NCBI GenBank assembly: GCA_913057145.1
Contig: CAJXNJ010000004.1
Coordinates: 4,409-68,408 of the forward strand
Reading direction: 5' to 3'
DNA from: an uncultured Ectothiorhodospiraceae bacterium
GTDB taxonomy: Bacteria > Pseudomonadota > Gammaproteobacteria > Nitrococcales > Nitrococcaceae
Length of the DNA stretch: 64,000 bases
The notes beneath the pieces were generated by a model, which was given only the letters and a program-made list of their open reading frames with translations, did no database searches and was not told where the DNA came from. The position numbers and the translations under genes are program-made. Positions 53,837-64,000 of this stretch are shown here, piece by piece. Position 1 is the first letter of the stretch. Every line of letters starts with the position of its first letter.

Positions 53837-55426
53837 TTACAGCGCAGCCTGCAGAAGGCGTTGGGTGTAGGGATGTTGTGGGTGGCGGAAAATGGCCTCG
53901 GCATCACCGCTCTCCACCACCTCCCCGGCACGCATGACCATCACCCGATGACTCATGGCACGGACGACTTTCAGATCATGGCTGATAAAAAGATAGGCCA
54001 GACGATGTCTTGCCTGCAGATCACGCAGGAGCTCGATCAACTGTCTTTGCACCGAGCGATCGAGCGCGGAAGTTGGCTCGTCGAGCACAATGAGCTGCGG
54101 CCGCAGGACAATGGCCCGGGCCACGGCAACGCGCTGACGCTGACCGCCGGAGAGCTCATGCGGGAAACGCTCGGCAAGTGCGGGCTCCAGTCCGACCTCC
54201 TTGAGTGCCTGTCGCACGAGATCGGCACGTTCGCTGGCATCCGCGCCAATTCGGTGAACGGCAAGCCCCTCACCAACAATCTGCTCTATAGAGAGCCGCG
54301 GACTGAGGCTGCCGAAGGGGTCCTGAAAGACAACCTGCATTGCACGGCGCAGTGGCCGCAGTGTTTGTTTTTTCATCCCGGCAATGGCCTGACCGGCGAA
54401 ATTGATCTCACCGCTTGCCTTCTGCAGCCGCAGAAGGGCCATGCCAAGCGTGGTTTTCCCCGAGCCACTCTCACCCACCACACCGAGGGTTTCCCCCGGC
54501 CGCACCGACAGGTCCACATCGCGAACGGCCCAGTGATGATCAACAATGCGCTTTAAAAGCCCGCCCCGGCGCGGGAAGTCGACGCTGAGCCCCCGCGCTG
54601 TCAGCAGTGGTTCATCGTCGCTGACCGGCACCGGCTCACCGCTTGGCTCGGCGGCCATCAGCATTTGGGTGTACGCTGCTGAAGGCTCGTTAAAAACCGT
54701 CTCAACCCGCCCTTCCTCGACAACCTGCCCCTGCTGCATCACCACCACATGATCGGCGATATGCCGAACCACATTTAAATCATGGCTGATGAACAAAAGC
54801 GCCATTCCCAGGCGGTCGCGCAGGTCCCGGAGCAGATCAAGGATTTCCGCCTGAATCGTGACATCAAGCGCCGTGGTGGGCTCATCGGCAATCAGCAGCC
54901 TGGGGTTGTTGGCAATGGCCATGGCGATCATGACCCGCTGACGCTGCCCTCCGGAGAGCTGATGCGGGAAGGCACCCAGGCGTGCCGCGGCTTCCGGCAG
55001 CCGTACGAGCTCCAGCAATTCAACGATGCGATCCCGGGCTGCAGCGGGAGTCATGCCCTGGTGAATCCGCAGCGTCTCACCGATTTGCTTTTCAATCGTG
55101 TGTAACGGGTTGAGTGAGGTCATCGGCTCCTGGAAGACCATGCCGATATCACCCCCGCGAAGCCCACGCAGGCGTGACTCCGGGGCGTTGATCAGCTCCT
55201 CGCCCTGATAACGGATGCTGCCGGATGGATGATGCGCCAGCGGATACGGCAGCAGCCGGGGTATGGAAAGGGCGCTCACCGACTTGCCCGAACCGCTCTC
55301 GCCAACCAGGGCGGTGGTCTGTCCGGCCTGCAGCGAAAAACTCACACCGCGAACGGCACGGGTTTCCTGCTCACCCCGGCCAAAACTCACGGCCAGATTC
55401 TCAACGGCAAGCAGTGGCACGCTCAT
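53837..55426 (-). CDS. yejF: Peptide ABC transporter ATP-binding protein with two NBDs
   Basis: Two GESGSGK and LSGGQRQR motifs; operon with yejABE-like genes. Confidence 0.88.
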   Translation of the reverse strand: MSVPLLAVENLAVSFGRGEQETRAVRGVSFSLQAGQTTALVGESGSGKSVSALSIPRLLPYPLAHHPSGSIRYQGEELINAPESRLRGLRGGDIGMVFQEPMTSLNPLHTIEKQIGETLRIHQGMTPAAARDRIVELLELVRLPEAAARLGAFPHQLSGGQRQRVMIAMAIANNPRLLIADEPTTALDVTIQAEILDLLRDLRDRLGMALLFISHDLNVVRHIADHVVVMQQGQVVEEGRVETVFNEPSAAYTQMLMAAEPSGEPVPVSDDEPLLTARGLSVDFPRRGGLLKRIVDHHWAVRDVDLSVRPGETLGVVGESGSGKTTLGMALLRLQKASGEINFAGQAIAGMKKQTLRPLRRAMQVVFQDPFGSLSPRLSIEQIVGEGLAVHRIGADASERADLVRQALKEVGLEPALAERFPHELSGGQRQRVAVARAIVLRPQLIVLDEPTSALDRSVQRQLIELLRDLQARHRLAYLFISHDLKVVRAMSHRVMVMRAGEVVESGDAEAIFRHPQHPYTQRLLQAAL

Positions 55427-56472
55427 CGTCCCTGCCCTCCGAATGTCTTGCGCGGGTCAAACGCATCGCGTGCTGCCTCACCGATGAAAACAAGCAGCGA
55501 GAGCATGATGGCAAGCGTGAAAAATGCCGTCAGCCCCAGCCAGGGAGCCTGGAGGTTGGCCTTGCCCTGGGCCAGCAACTCACCAAGCGATGGCGAGCCC
55601 GGGGGCAGCCCAAAGCCAAGAAAATCCAGGGAAGTCAGGGTGGTGATTGAGCCTGTGAGAATGAACGGCATGAACGTCACGGTCGCCACCATGGCATTCG
55701 GCAGGGCATGCCGCAGAATGATCGTGGTATCCGAGACACCGAGTGCCTTCGCGGCTTTCACGTAGTCGAAATTGCGCACACGCAGGAATTCTGCACGCAC
55801 CACCCCCACCAATTGCGTCCAGCTGAAAAGCAGCATGATCCCGAGCAGCCACCAGAAGCTCGGCTGCACGAACCCGGCCATGATGATCAGCAGGTACAGC
55901 ACCGGCAGTCCGGCCCAGATCTCGATGAAACGCTGCCCGAAAAGATCGGCCTTGCCGCCGAAATACCCCTGCATGGCGCCGACTGCCACACCGATCACCG
56001 AGCTTGCCAGCGTCAGGGCAAGCCCGAACAACACCGAGATGCGAAAACCGTAGATCAACCGCGCGAGCACATCCCGCGCCTGGTCATCCGTTCCCAGCCA
56101 GTTATCCGATGACGGTGGTGCCGGGGCAGCCGCCTCACTGGCGTAATTGATGGTGCGGTAGTGATAGCGGATGGGTGGCCACAGCATCCAGCCATCTTCA
56201 CGAATCAACTCTGCAACAAAGGGGTCGCGGTATTCGGCCTCGGTGGGGAAATCACCGCCAAAAGTGGTCTCCGGATAGGTCACCAGGACCGGAAAGTACC
56301 AGTCGCCGTCGTAGTGCACGAGAAGCGGGCGTTCATTGGCAATGAACTCTGCCATTAATGACAGGCCGAACAGCAACAAGAATATCCACAGTGACCACCA
56401 GCCTCGCCGGTTGGCCTTGAACTGTGCCCAGCGTCGCTGATTGATCGGGTTGAGACGCAACATCCGACTCAA
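55423..56472 (-). CDS. yejE: Peptide ABC transporter permease
   Basis: [42 protein letters not shown]. Confidence 0.9.
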   Translation of the reverse strand: MSRMLRLNPINQRRWAQFKANRRGWWSLWIFLLLFGLSLMAEFIANERPLLVHYDGDWYFPVLVTYPETTFGGDFPTEAEYRDPFVAELIREDGWMLWPPIRYHYRTINYASEAAAPAPPSSDNWLGTDDQARDVLARLIYGFRISVLFGLALTLASSVIGVAVGAMQGYFGGKADLFGQRFIEIWAGLPVLYLLIIMAGFVQPSFWWLLGIMLLFSWTQLVGVVRAEFLRVRNFDYVKAAKALGVSDTTIILRHALPNAMVATVTFMPFILTGSITTLTSLDFLGFGLPPGSPSLGELLAQGKANLQAPWLGLTAFFTLAIMLSLLVFIGEAARDAFDPRKTFGGQGR

Positions 56473-57539
56473 CCCTCGCGGCTTTCAAAATCGATGCGTG
56501 GATCCACCACGACGTACATCAGATCACCCAGGAGATTGAGCACCAGCCCGATGAGCGTGAAGATGAAAAGACTGCCGAAGACCACCGGATAATCTCGATT
56601 GACCACGGACTGAAAACCGAGCAGGCCGAGCCCGTCCAGCGAGAAAATCACCTCAATCAGCAGCGCACCGGTAAAAAGCACACCGACAAACGCCGCCGGG
56701 AATCCGGCAATGACAATGAGCATGGCGTTGCGGAAAACATGGCCATAGAGCACGCGCTTATCGCTCACCCCTTTGGCTCTTGCCGTGATCACGTATTGTT
56801 TATTGATCTCTTCGAGAAACGAGTTTTTGGTCAGCATCGTCAACCCGGCAAAACCACCAATCACCATGGCGAGTACGGGCAGAACCAGGTGCCAGAGATA
56901 ATCAATGATGCGCATCGGCCAGGAAAGCGTCTCCCAGTCATCAGAGACCAGCCCACGCAGCGGGAACCAATCGAGATAACTGCCACCGGCAAACAGCACG
57001 ATCAGCAGAATCGCAAAAAGAAAGCCGGGAATGGCATAACCCACGATCACCACCGCCGAGGTCCAGACATCGAAAGCCGAGCCATCCCGCACTGCCTTGC
57101 GGATGCCAAGCGGTATGGAAATGAGGTAGGTGAAAAGCAGCGTCCAGAGACCCAGCGATATCGACACCGGCAGCTTATCGGCAATCAGTGCAATGACTGT
57201 CTGGTCGCGATAGAAACTCTCACCAAAATCAAGCCGGGCATAGTCGCCCAGCATTTTAAAAAAGCGCTCGTGCGCCGGCCGGTCAAAGCCGAACTGCGCC
57301 TCGAGTTCGGCAACAAACGCAGGATCAAGCCCCCGGCCACCCCGGCTCTCGCTTGCCACCTCGTCTGCTGCCACACCGGTAAAGCGGCTGGTCGAGAGCT
57401 CGGCCGTGCCCTGCATCTGCGCCATGATCTGCTCGACCGGGCCGCCCGGGGCGAACTGCACAATGGCAAAGTTGATCAACAACACGCCGATGAGCGTTGG
57501 GATCATCAGCAACAGCCGTCGGGCGATGTACGCGTACAA
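56469..57539 (-). CDS. yejB: Peptide ABC transporter permease
   Basis: [41 protein letters not shown]; TTG start at 57539 with GAGGG SD. Confidence 0.9.
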   Translation of the reverse strand: MYAYIARRLLLMIPTLIGVLLINFAIVQFAPGGPVEQIMAQMQGTAELSTSRFTGVAADEVASESRGGRGLDPAFVAELEAQFGFDRPAHERFFKMLGDYARLDFGESFYRDQTVIALIADKLPVSISLGLWTLLFTYLISIPLGIRKAVRDGSAFDVWTSAVVIVGYAIPGFLFAILLIVLFAGGSYLDWFPLRGLVSDDWETLSWPMRIIDYLWHLVLPVLAMVIGGFAGLTMLTKNSFLEEINKQYVITARAKGVSDKRVLYGHVFRNAMLIVIAGFPAAFVGVLFTGALLIEVIFSLDGLGLLGFQSVVNRDYPVVFGSLFIFTLIGLVLNLLGDLMYVVVDPRIDFESREG

Positions 57540-57549
57540 GAACTGACCC

Positions 57550-59376
57550 TCAGCGATTATCAACGCGTGCGGCTTTCACCGGATCCACCCACCAGGTATC
57601 GAGCGCCAGACCGTAGGGGGGATTCTCGGGCGGCCGGCCGAAGCGATCCCAGTAGGCCACCCGAAAACGATCGATATACCAGTTGGGGATACTGTAAAAG
57701 CCCCATTGCAATACGCGATCCAGGGCCCGGGTTCGAGTGATGAGCGCCTCCCGACTCGGGGCATCAATAATCTGCTCGATAAGCGCATCCACCACCGGGT
57801 CACAGACACCGGCCATATTGCGACTGCCTTCGATCTCTGCGGTCTCGCAGCTCCAGAAGTCACGTTGCTCATTGCCCGGCGAGAGCGATTGCGGAGCCAC
57901 ATACACCGTCATATCGAAATCAAATGACTGCAGACGGTTCTGATATTGCGTCGGATCCACCGTCCGCACCGACACTGCAATCCCCAGTCGCTCGAGATTA
58001 CGCTGCATCGGCAGGACAACCCGCTCAAAGGAAGGACTGGCCAGCAGAATCTCAAAGGCCATGGTCTGGCCGGATTCGCGATGAGTCAGCGCACCTTCCT
58101 TGACTTCCCACCCGGCTTCGCGCAGCAGAGTCAGGGCTTGACGCAGATTACGCCGCAGGCTTGAGCCTTCGGTGCTCGGGGGTGCATAGGCTTCGGTGAA
58201 AACCCGCTCGGGCAACTGATCACGGAACGGCTCCAGTACCGCGAGCTCCGCATCGGATGGCAGTCCCGTCGCCGCCAGCTCGGAATTTTCAAAATAGCTG
58301 CGGGTGCGCTTATAAGCGCCGTAGAAAAGATTGTCGTTGGTCCATTCAAAATCGAATGCGTAGGCCAGTGCTTCGCGCACTTTCGGATCGGCGAAAATGG
58401 CGCGTCGGGTATTGAAGAAAAAGCCCTGCATGCCGGCAGGCCTGTCATGCGGAATCTCCTCGAGCCGCAACAGCCCATCAGCAACCGCCGGGGTGTCATA
58501 GGCGGTTGCCCAGTTGCGCGCGACATTCTCCTGGCGCAGATGATACTCGCCGGCTTTCAAGGCCTGCAGCGCCACCGTGCCATCGCGGTAGTAGTCATAA
58601 CTGATGCGCTCGATATTATGACGGCCGCGCTTGAGCGGCAGATCGGCAGCCCAGTAGTCAGCGACACGCTCATAAACCACGCGCCTGCCCTGTTCTACCT
58701 CCACCACTCGATAAGGGCCGCTGCCAAGGGGCGGTTCCAGCGTGGTCGCCGAGAAATCGCGTTCGGCCCAGTAATGCTCGGGCAGAACCGGCAACTGCCC
58801 GAGGATCAGCGGCAGCTCGGCATTGCCCCGGTTGGCGAAATGAAAAACCACTTCATGCCGGTCGATGACCTCAACGCGCTCAACATCCCGGTAATAGGCA
58901 CGATATTGCGGATGCCCCTCTTCGCGCAGGATGCGGAAGGTCCAGGCCACATCCTCGGCGGTTACCGGCTCACCATCATGGAAACGCGCTTCGGGCCGCA
59001 GATGAAAGCGAACATACGCATTATCCGCGCCCACCTCCGCTGAACGGGCCACCAGCCCGTATTCGGTGAACGCCTCATCAAGCGAACTCTCCATCAGGGT
59101 GTCGTAAACCAGCCCCATGCCATCAGCCGCCGTTCCACGAAGAATAAAGGGATGGAGACTGTCGAATGTTGCGGCCTGCACGTTGGCGAGCTTCAGCTCT
59201 CCGCCCTTGGGCGCCTCGGGGTTCACATAATCAAAATGGGAGAAATCCGGGCCGTATTTCGGCTCGCCATGAAGGGTCAGCGCATGTTCCTCTGCCGCCA
59301 GGGCCGTCGCGCTCACCGCAGCCAATACGAACAAAAACGGCATTGTCACAAGGCAACGAACTGCCAGCCGGATCAT
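57550..59376 (-). CDS. yejA: Peptide ABC transporter substrate-binding protein
   Basis: Signal peptide, [37 protein letters not shown]. Confidence 0.9.
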   Translation of the reverse strand: MIRLAVRCLVTMPFLFVLAAVSATALAAEEHALTLHGEPKYGPDFSHFDYVNPEAPKGGELKLANVQAATFDSLHPFILRGTAADGMGLVYDTLMESSLDEAFTEYGLVARSAEVGADNAYVRFHLRPEARFHDGEPVTAEDVAWTFRILREEGHPQYRAYYRDVERVEVIDRHEVVFHFANRGNAELPLILGQLPVLPEHYWAERDFSATTLEPPLGSGPYRVVEVEQGRRVVYERVADYWAADLPLKRGRHNIERISYDYYRDGTVALQALKAGEYHLRQENVARNWATAYDTPAVADGLLRLEEIPHDRPAGMQGFFFNTRRAIFADPKVREALAYAFDFEWTNDNLFYGAYKRTRSYFENSELAATGLPSDAELAVLEPFRDQLPERVFTEAYAPPSTEGSSLRRNLRQALTLLREAGWEVKEGALTHRESGQTMAFEILLASPSFERVVLPMQRNLERLGIAVSVRTVDPTQYQNRLQSFDFDMTVYVAPQSLSPGNEQRDFWSCETAEIEGSRNMAGVCDPVVDALIEQIIDAPSREALITRTRALDRVLQWGFYSIPNWYIDRFRVAYWDRFGRPPENPPYGLALDTWWVDPVKAARVDNR

Positions 59377-59418
59377 TGTTCCACTCTCCTTTCAAAAACT
59401 CCGTGAGTCATCTGCCGC

Positions 59419-59447
59419 TTGGCCATCGCAACGCTTTTGAGTAACGT
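59419..59447 (+). promoter_or_regulatory. Putative sigma70 promoter for fabI
   Basis: TTGGCC, 17 bp, TAACGT. Confidence 0.45.
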
Positions 59448-59481
59448 ACTCGGGATTCATTCAAGGGGCAAAGGGGTACCC

Positions 59482-60279
59482 ATGGGTTTTCTCTCCAATC
59501 GCAAGGCACTGATTGTTGGTGTCGCCAGTAACCGGTCCATTGCCTGGGGCATTGCCGAGGCCATGCACCGCGAGGGCGCTGAAATTGCGCTTACCTATCA
59601 GACCGACAAACTCAAAGGCCGCGTTGAGCAATGCGCCGAGGCCTGCGGCGGCGGCCCTGTCATGCCGCTCGATGTCACCGATGACGCCCAGATTGATGCA
59701 GTCTTCGAGCAGCTGAAACAGACCTGGGGCCACTTGGACATTGTCGTCCATGCCGTCGGTTTCGCCCCCCGCGAGGAGCTTGAGGGCTCGTTTGTGGAGA
59801 ATACCACGCGCGGTGGCTATGCCATGGCCCATGACATCAGCGCCTATAGCTTTGTTGCCCTGGCACGTGGTGCACGACCACTGATGCAGGGTCGCAATGG
59901 CAGCCTGCTTACCCTGTCGTATCTGGGCGGCGAGCGCGCACTACCCAACTACAACGTGATGGGTCCGGCGAAGGCAAGCCTGGAGGCATCCGTGCGCTAT
60001 ATGGCGAATGATCTCGGACCGGAAGGCATCCGCGTCAATGCCGTCTCGGCAGGCCCTATTCGGACACTGGCAGCCTCGGGCATCGGCGATTTTCGAAAAA
60101 TGCTCGATCTCAATGCCGCCTCGGCACCGCTGCGCCGAAATGTCGGTATCGATGAAGTGGGCAACACCAGCGCCTTTCTGTGCTCCGATCTGGCATCGGG
60201 CATAACCGGCGAAGTGGTGCATGTGGATGCCGGATTCCACGCCATCGCCCTGTCCGGCAGCGCGCTGGATGCATCCTGA
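59482..60279 (+). CDS. fabI: Enoyl-ACP reductase FabI
   Basis: [34 protein letters not shown]; start ATG 59482. Confidence 0.97.
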   Translation: MGFLSNRKALIVGVASNRSIAWGIAEAMHREGAEIALTYQTDKLKGRVEQCAEACGGGPVMPLDVTDDAQIDAVFEQLKQTWGHLDIVVHAVGFAPREELEGSFVENTTRGGYAMAHDISAYSFVALARGARPLMQGRNGSLLTLSYLGGERALPNYNVMGPAKASLEASVRYMANDLGPEGIRVNAVSAGPIRTLAASGIGDFRKMLDLNAASAPLRRNVGIDEVGNTSAFLCSDLASGITGEVVHVDAGFHAIALSGSALDAS

Positions 60280-60300
60280 TCCAGCCGCGCTCTTGCGCGG

Positions 60301-62223
60301 CTAGATATTGTCTTCGAAAACGCGAATGTTGGCCTGTTCACGCAATTGCGTGAGCAGCGCCTGCACCGCGGCCTGACCATCCAGATTGTTCATTGAGGCG
60401 CGCAGCTGCTCTCTCGCCTCGGCCTCGACCGCATCGGGGTCGCCATTTTCAACCGCCAACACCGTCACCACCGCCCAGCCTTGCGGCACCCGTGCAAGAT
60501 CCGCCACCGGCTCATCGGACTGTGCCGGAAGCCGGAAGCCCGCCTCGCGAACACCGGCAGGGAGCTCACGCTCGTTACGCTCACTCCATCGGCCCGGGTT
60601 GAATTGCGCGGCGGCATATTCACCCGCCGCTGACTGCAATTGCCCCCCGGCATTCACCGCAGTCACGATCGACTCAGCGTCTGCTCTTGCCAACGCGGCT
60701 GCCTCTTCTTGCACGTAAGCCTCGCGCACCGTCTCGGCAACCGCGTCAAAGGGCTGGATCTGTGCCGGCTGATAGTCGCTTACACGAATGACTGCATAGC
60801 CGCCATCGGCAAGCTCAATGAGATCACTGTTCTCCCGACGCTCAATCGCCGTCTCATCAAATGCAGCCTGCAGAACGGCCGGATCGTCCAGCACCGGATC
60901 ATCGCCTTGCCCGGTGCCAGCGGGCGTCAACCAGTCACTCCTCTGTACGGGGAGAGAGACCGCACGGGCCGCCGGCTCAAGCGTCATCGGGTTTTCGAAT
61001 GCCAGCGAATCAACCTCGTTTCCACGCTCGAATAACACGCGCTCCGCCCGCTCACGGGCAATCTCATCACGGATCTGATCCGCGATCTCCGAGAGGGGTG
61101 CCAGTGATTCGGACTGCACCGACTGCACCTCAATGACATGCCAGCCAAAGGGCGTGCGGACAGGCTCGCTGAGCTCCCCGACGGGCAATGACCAGGCGGC
61201 ATCGGCAAATGCCGGGACGACATCGGCTCGCTGCAGCAACCCGAGCTCGCCACCCTGGGCGCCGGATCCGGTGTCATCGGAGACCTCGGCGGCAACTTCT
61301 GCAAAGCCTTCACCCTCGATGATGCGCTGTCGAGCACTTTGTGCCCGCTCACGCGCCGCTTCTACCGCCGCTGTGTCGGCGGACTCATCCACCGCAATGA
61401 GGATATGACGAATTTCGCGCAGCGAATCGGCGTTGGCTTCAGCCTCACGCTCGGCATAACGTGCTTCGATATCGGCGCGCGGGATGTCGATATCCGCGGC
61501 AATCGCGTCCAGATCCAGATGCAGATAGCGCAGCTGCACCTGCTGCGGCTGCCGATAGCGCTCGGCATTCCGCTCATACCAGGCACGAAGATCACTCTCC
61601 TCGATGCTCACCGCATCGCGGTAGGCCTCGGCCGGCAGCACCGCCCAGGCCAGCTCCCGCCTCTGGCGCTGTAGCGCAAGAATACGATCGAGTTCACGAT
61701 CGCTGGTATAAGCGGTCTGGCCGATTGATCTTTGCAACAGATCAATCGTGAGGTCCTCGCGCAGCTGCGATTCGTAGCGCTCAGGCGTAAGGCGGTTCTG
61801 CTCGAGAATCCGCCGATAACGCTCGGCTGAAAAGCTGCCATCGACCTGAAATATCGACTGACCGCGGATCGCAATCGCCACGTCAGCGTCAGTTGCCTGC
61901 AACCCCTGAGCGCGGGCGTAATTCAGCAGCACGGCGCGGTCAATGAGCTGCTGAGCGGTCTCGCGGCGAAGTTGGTCGGTGTCAAACAACGATGGGTCAA
62001 ACTGCTCGCCGAGTAACTGCCGCAGCTCGGACTGCCGTTCTCGATAGGCCTGGTCCAGTCGCGACCGGGTTATCTCGACACCGTCAACCGTGGCAATGGT
62101 TTGCGGTCCACCGCCACCGACAACGTAGCCATAGAGACTGGAGATGACAAACGGGACAACCAGAAGCCCGATGACGGCTACCGGCAGAAAGATTCCTGTG
62201 CGCTCACGAATCGATTGCAGCAT
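60301..62223 (-). CDS. ppiD: Periplasmic chaperone/PPIase PpiD
   Basis: MLQSIRER plus TM, SurA-N domain, parvulin (RHILI, SDDTGS..GGELG, TPFGWHVI); downstream of lon-hupB. Confidence 0.92.
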   Translation of the reverse strand: MLQSIRERTGIFLPVAVIGLLVVPFVISSLYGYVVGGGGPQTIATVDGVEITRSRLDQAYRERQSELRQLLGEQFDPSLFDTDQLRRETAQQLIDRAVLLNYARAQGLQATDADVAIAIRGQSIFQVDGSFSAERYRRILEQNRLTPERYESQLREDLTIDLLQRSIGQTAYTSDRELDRILALQRQRRELAWAVLPAEAYRDAVSIEESDLRAWYERNAERYRQPQQVQLRYLHLDLDAIAADIDIPRADIEARYAEREAEANADSLREIRHILIAVDESADTAAVEAARERAQSARQRIIEGEGFAEVAAEVSDDTGSGAQGGELGLLQRADVVPAFADAAWSLPVGELSEPVRTPFGWHVIEVQSVQSESLAPLSEIADQIRDEIARERAERVLFERGNEVDSLAFENPMTLEPAARAVSLPVQRSDWLTPAGTGQGDDPVLDDPAVLQAAFDETAIERRENSDLIELADGGYAVIRVSDYQPAQIQPFDAVAETVREAYVQEEAAALARADAESIVTAVNAGGQLQSAAGEYAAAQFNPGRWSERNERELPAGVREAGFRLPAQSDEPVADLARVPQGWAVVTVLAVENGDPDAVEAEAREQLRASMNNLDGQAAVQALLTQLREQANIRVFEDNI

Positions 62224-62243
62224 TGATGTGTACACCGAAAATC

Positions 62244-62265
62244 AAAAAGGCGCCGGTGGCGCCTT
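62244..62265 (-). terminator. Intrinsic terminator after tRNA-Asp
   Basis: AAGGCGCC-ACC-GGCGCCTTTTTGATTTT. Confidence 0.8.
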
Positions 62266-62283
62266 CCTGATGATGGGATTAAC

Positions 62284-62360
62284 TGGCGGAGCGGACGGGA
62301 CTTGAACCCGCGACCTCCGGCGTGACAGGCCGGCATTCTAACCAGCTGAACTACCGCTCC
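62284..62360 (-). tRNA. tRNA-Asp (GTC)
   Basis: GGAGCGGTAGTTCAGCTGGTTAGAATGCCGGCCTGTCACGCCGG...CCGCTCCGCCA. Confidence 0.98.
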
Positions 62361-62371
62361 GTGTTACTTTT

Positions 62372-62447
62372 TGGTGGGTGGTGAGGGGCTCGAACCCCCG
62401 ACATTCGCCTTGTAAGGGCGACGCTCTCCCAACTGAGCTAACCACCC
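62372..62447 (-). tRNA. tRNA-Val (TAC)
   Basis: GGGTGGTTAGCTCAGTTGGGAGAGCGTCGCCCTTACAAGGCGA...CCACCCACCA. Confidence 0.98.
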
Positions 62448-62459
62448 CGGAAAGCCGTT

Positions 62460-62732
62460 CTAGTTTACGGCATCCTTCAGGGCCTTGCCAGCCTTGAAGC
62501 CCGGAACTTTCGATGCCGGAATATTGATCGAGGCACCCGTGCGCGGGTTGCGGCCGGTGCGGGCGGCACGCTCACGTACGGTGAAGGTTCCAAAACCAAC
62601 CAGCGTGACCTGATCACCTTTTTTCAGAGCCCCGGTGACAGTGGATGCGAACGCATCGACTGCTTTGGTGGCATCAGCTTTCGACAGGCCGGCGGCGTTG
62701 GCGACGGCATCAATCAGTTCAGACTTATTCAT
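62460..62732 (-). CDS. hupB: DNA-binding protein HU
   Basis: [37 protein letters not shown]; follows lon. Confidence 0.96.
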   Translation of the reverse strand: MNKSELIDAVANAAGLSKADATKAVDAFASTVTGALKKGDQVTLVGFGTFTVRERAARTGRNPRTGASINIPASKVPGFKAGKALKDAVN

Positions 62733-62879
62733 CAATCGATCCCCTTGAAAAGTTTCTCTCGAGACATCGTCGTTCCCGACGAATTAACGGCATGCTATCG
62801 CCTGAGAAGCGTATCGACAATCGTTTTTTTACCGGTGCCCGGCATTTCGATTGAAAACGCGAGACGCGCACACCGCAGT

Positions 62880-62909
62880 GGTATAGCAATCGGTTATCCG
62901 CTGTGTCAA
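62880..62909 (-). promoter_or_regulatory. Putative sigma70 promoter for hupB-tRNA-Val-tRNA-Asp
   Basis: Perfect TTGACA (62909-62904), 18 bp, TGc-TATACC. Confidence 0.6.
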
Positions 62910-62933
62910 ATGACCAAAACTTACGAGTGCTGA

Positions 62934-64000
62934 CTAATGCGGTCGAACAGTGGCGGCTTTCCCGGCATTCTTTTTATCTTTGACTTCCACGCCCTCATCC
63001 GTTTCCGCTAACGCGACCGGCTTGGCGGTCAGTGCCACATCGAGCACTTCATCAATCCATTGCACCGGGCGAATATCCAATTTGCCTTTAATATCGCGAC
63101 TGATCTCCGCCAGATCTTTTTCATTTTCCTGTGGAATCAATACGATACGTATTCCTCCACGGAGTGCCGCCAAAAGCTTTTCTTTCAAACCGCCAATCGG
63201 CAGCACTTCACCGCGCAGCGTAATCTCCCCGGTCATGGCCACATTGGCGGCTACCGGAATCCCGGTAAGTGTTGAGACCAACGCTGTGCACATCCCGATA
63301 CCGGCACTCGGTCCGTCTTTCGGGATGGCACCCTCCGGGACGTGAATATGAATATCGCTTGCCTGATGAAAGTCCGGGTCGATACCGAGTGCCCGTGCCC
63401 GACTGCGCACAACGGTAAGCGCTGCATGAATGGATTCTTTCATCACGTCACCGAGCTGACCGGTGTTCTGAAGCCGCCCCTTGCCCGGGACAACCGCACT
63501 TTCAATGGTAAGCAGCTCACCACCCACCTCTGTCCAGGCCAGACCGGTTACCCGGCCGACCTGATCATCCGCCTCGGCGATGCCGTAGCGGTGTCGGCGC
63601 ACGCCCAGGTATTTATCGAGGTTGCGGGGGCTGACTTGCACGGCGGATTTCCGCGGTTTGAGCAGCACATCCTTGACCACCCGGCGCGCGATTTTTGCCA
63701 CCTCACGCTCAAGACTGCGCACCCCGGCTTCCCGGGTGTAATACCGCACAATGTCGCGCAGGGCGTTATCACTGACTTCAAGCTCATCGGGCTTGAGGCC
63801 ATTGGCCTTGATCTGCTTGGGCAGCAGATAATTGCGCGCAATATTGACCTTTTCTTCTTCCGTGTAGCCGGACAGACGGATGACCTCCATGCGATCAAGC
63901 AGCGGCCCCGGAATATTCATGGTATTGGCCGTGCAGACGAACATGATGTCCGAGAGGTCGAAATCCACCTCCAGATAATGGTCGTTGAAGCTTGAGTTCT
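62934..64000 (-). CDS. lon: Lon protease (C-terminal part; 5' end outside window)
   Basis: FNDHYLEVDFDLS, TREAGVR, PKDGPSAG (Ser) and GGLKEK (Lys) dyad. Confidence 0.98.
   Translation of the reverse strand, partial: NSSFNDHYLEVDFDLSDIMFVCTANTMNIPGPLLDRMEVIRLSGYTEEEKVNIARNYLLPKQIKANGLKPDELEVSDNALRDIVRYYTREAGVRSLEREVAKIARRVVKDVLLKPRKSAVQVSPRNLDKYLGVRRHRYGIAEADDQVGRVTGLAWTEVGGELLTIESAVVPGKGRLQNTGQLGDVMKESIHAALTVVRSRARALGIDPDFHQASDIHIHVPEGAIPKDGPSAGIGMCTALVSTLTGIPVAANVAMTGEITLRGEVLPIGGLKEKLLAALRGGIRIVLIPQENEKDLAEISRDIKGKLDIRPVQWIDEVLDVALTAKPVALAETDEGVEVKDKKNAGKAATVRPH

Noticed and set aside
53837-59376. yejABEF as part of a microcin/bacteriocin system together with the entericidin gene
   Set aside because: yejABEF next to fabI/ppiD is ordinary core synteny; no precursor or modification enzymes are present

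Overview
This is 64 kb of densely packed, GC-rich core genome from a gammaproteobacterium. Separate nuoC/nuoD, the nuo cluster sitting between tRNA-Leu and tRNA-fMet, very short spacers and acidic proteins suggest a streamlined halophilic Ectothiorhodospiraceae/Spiribacter-like organism (inference). Contents in order: (1) a ~28 kb minus-strand run, carAB-greA-rlmE-ftsH-folP-glmM-tpiA-secG-tRNA-Leu-nuoA..N-DUF2818-tRNA-fMet-rimP-nusA; (2) a small block with an ABC-2 exporter, pncB, an H-NS gene and a 411-aa hypothetical; (3) trmJ-cysE-iscS-[ligand-less IscU-like]-iscA-ndk-rlmN-pilW-rodZ-hisS-yfgM-bamB-adk-pdxH; (4) suhB and a PlcP-like phosphoesterase with a well-positioned Pho box; (5) queA-tgt-yajC-secDF; (6) three C34-anticodon tRNAs with an entericidin gene; (7) a hypothetical, der, yejABEF, fabI, ppiD, tRNA-Asp/Val, hupB and the 3' part of lon. 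I see no CRISPR, integrase, transposase, prophage or rRNA. The best novelty candidate is the stripped-down isc locus: its IscU-fold protein has lost all canonical cluster ligands and the HscA motif, yet it stays tightly coupled between a diverged IscS and an intact IscA. Other leads are the orphan Pho-box plcP, terminator-containing leaders before ndk and carA, a relocated and probably leaderless der, and the hns/hypothetical divergon. All calls come from motif reading and remembered family features; no searches were run.
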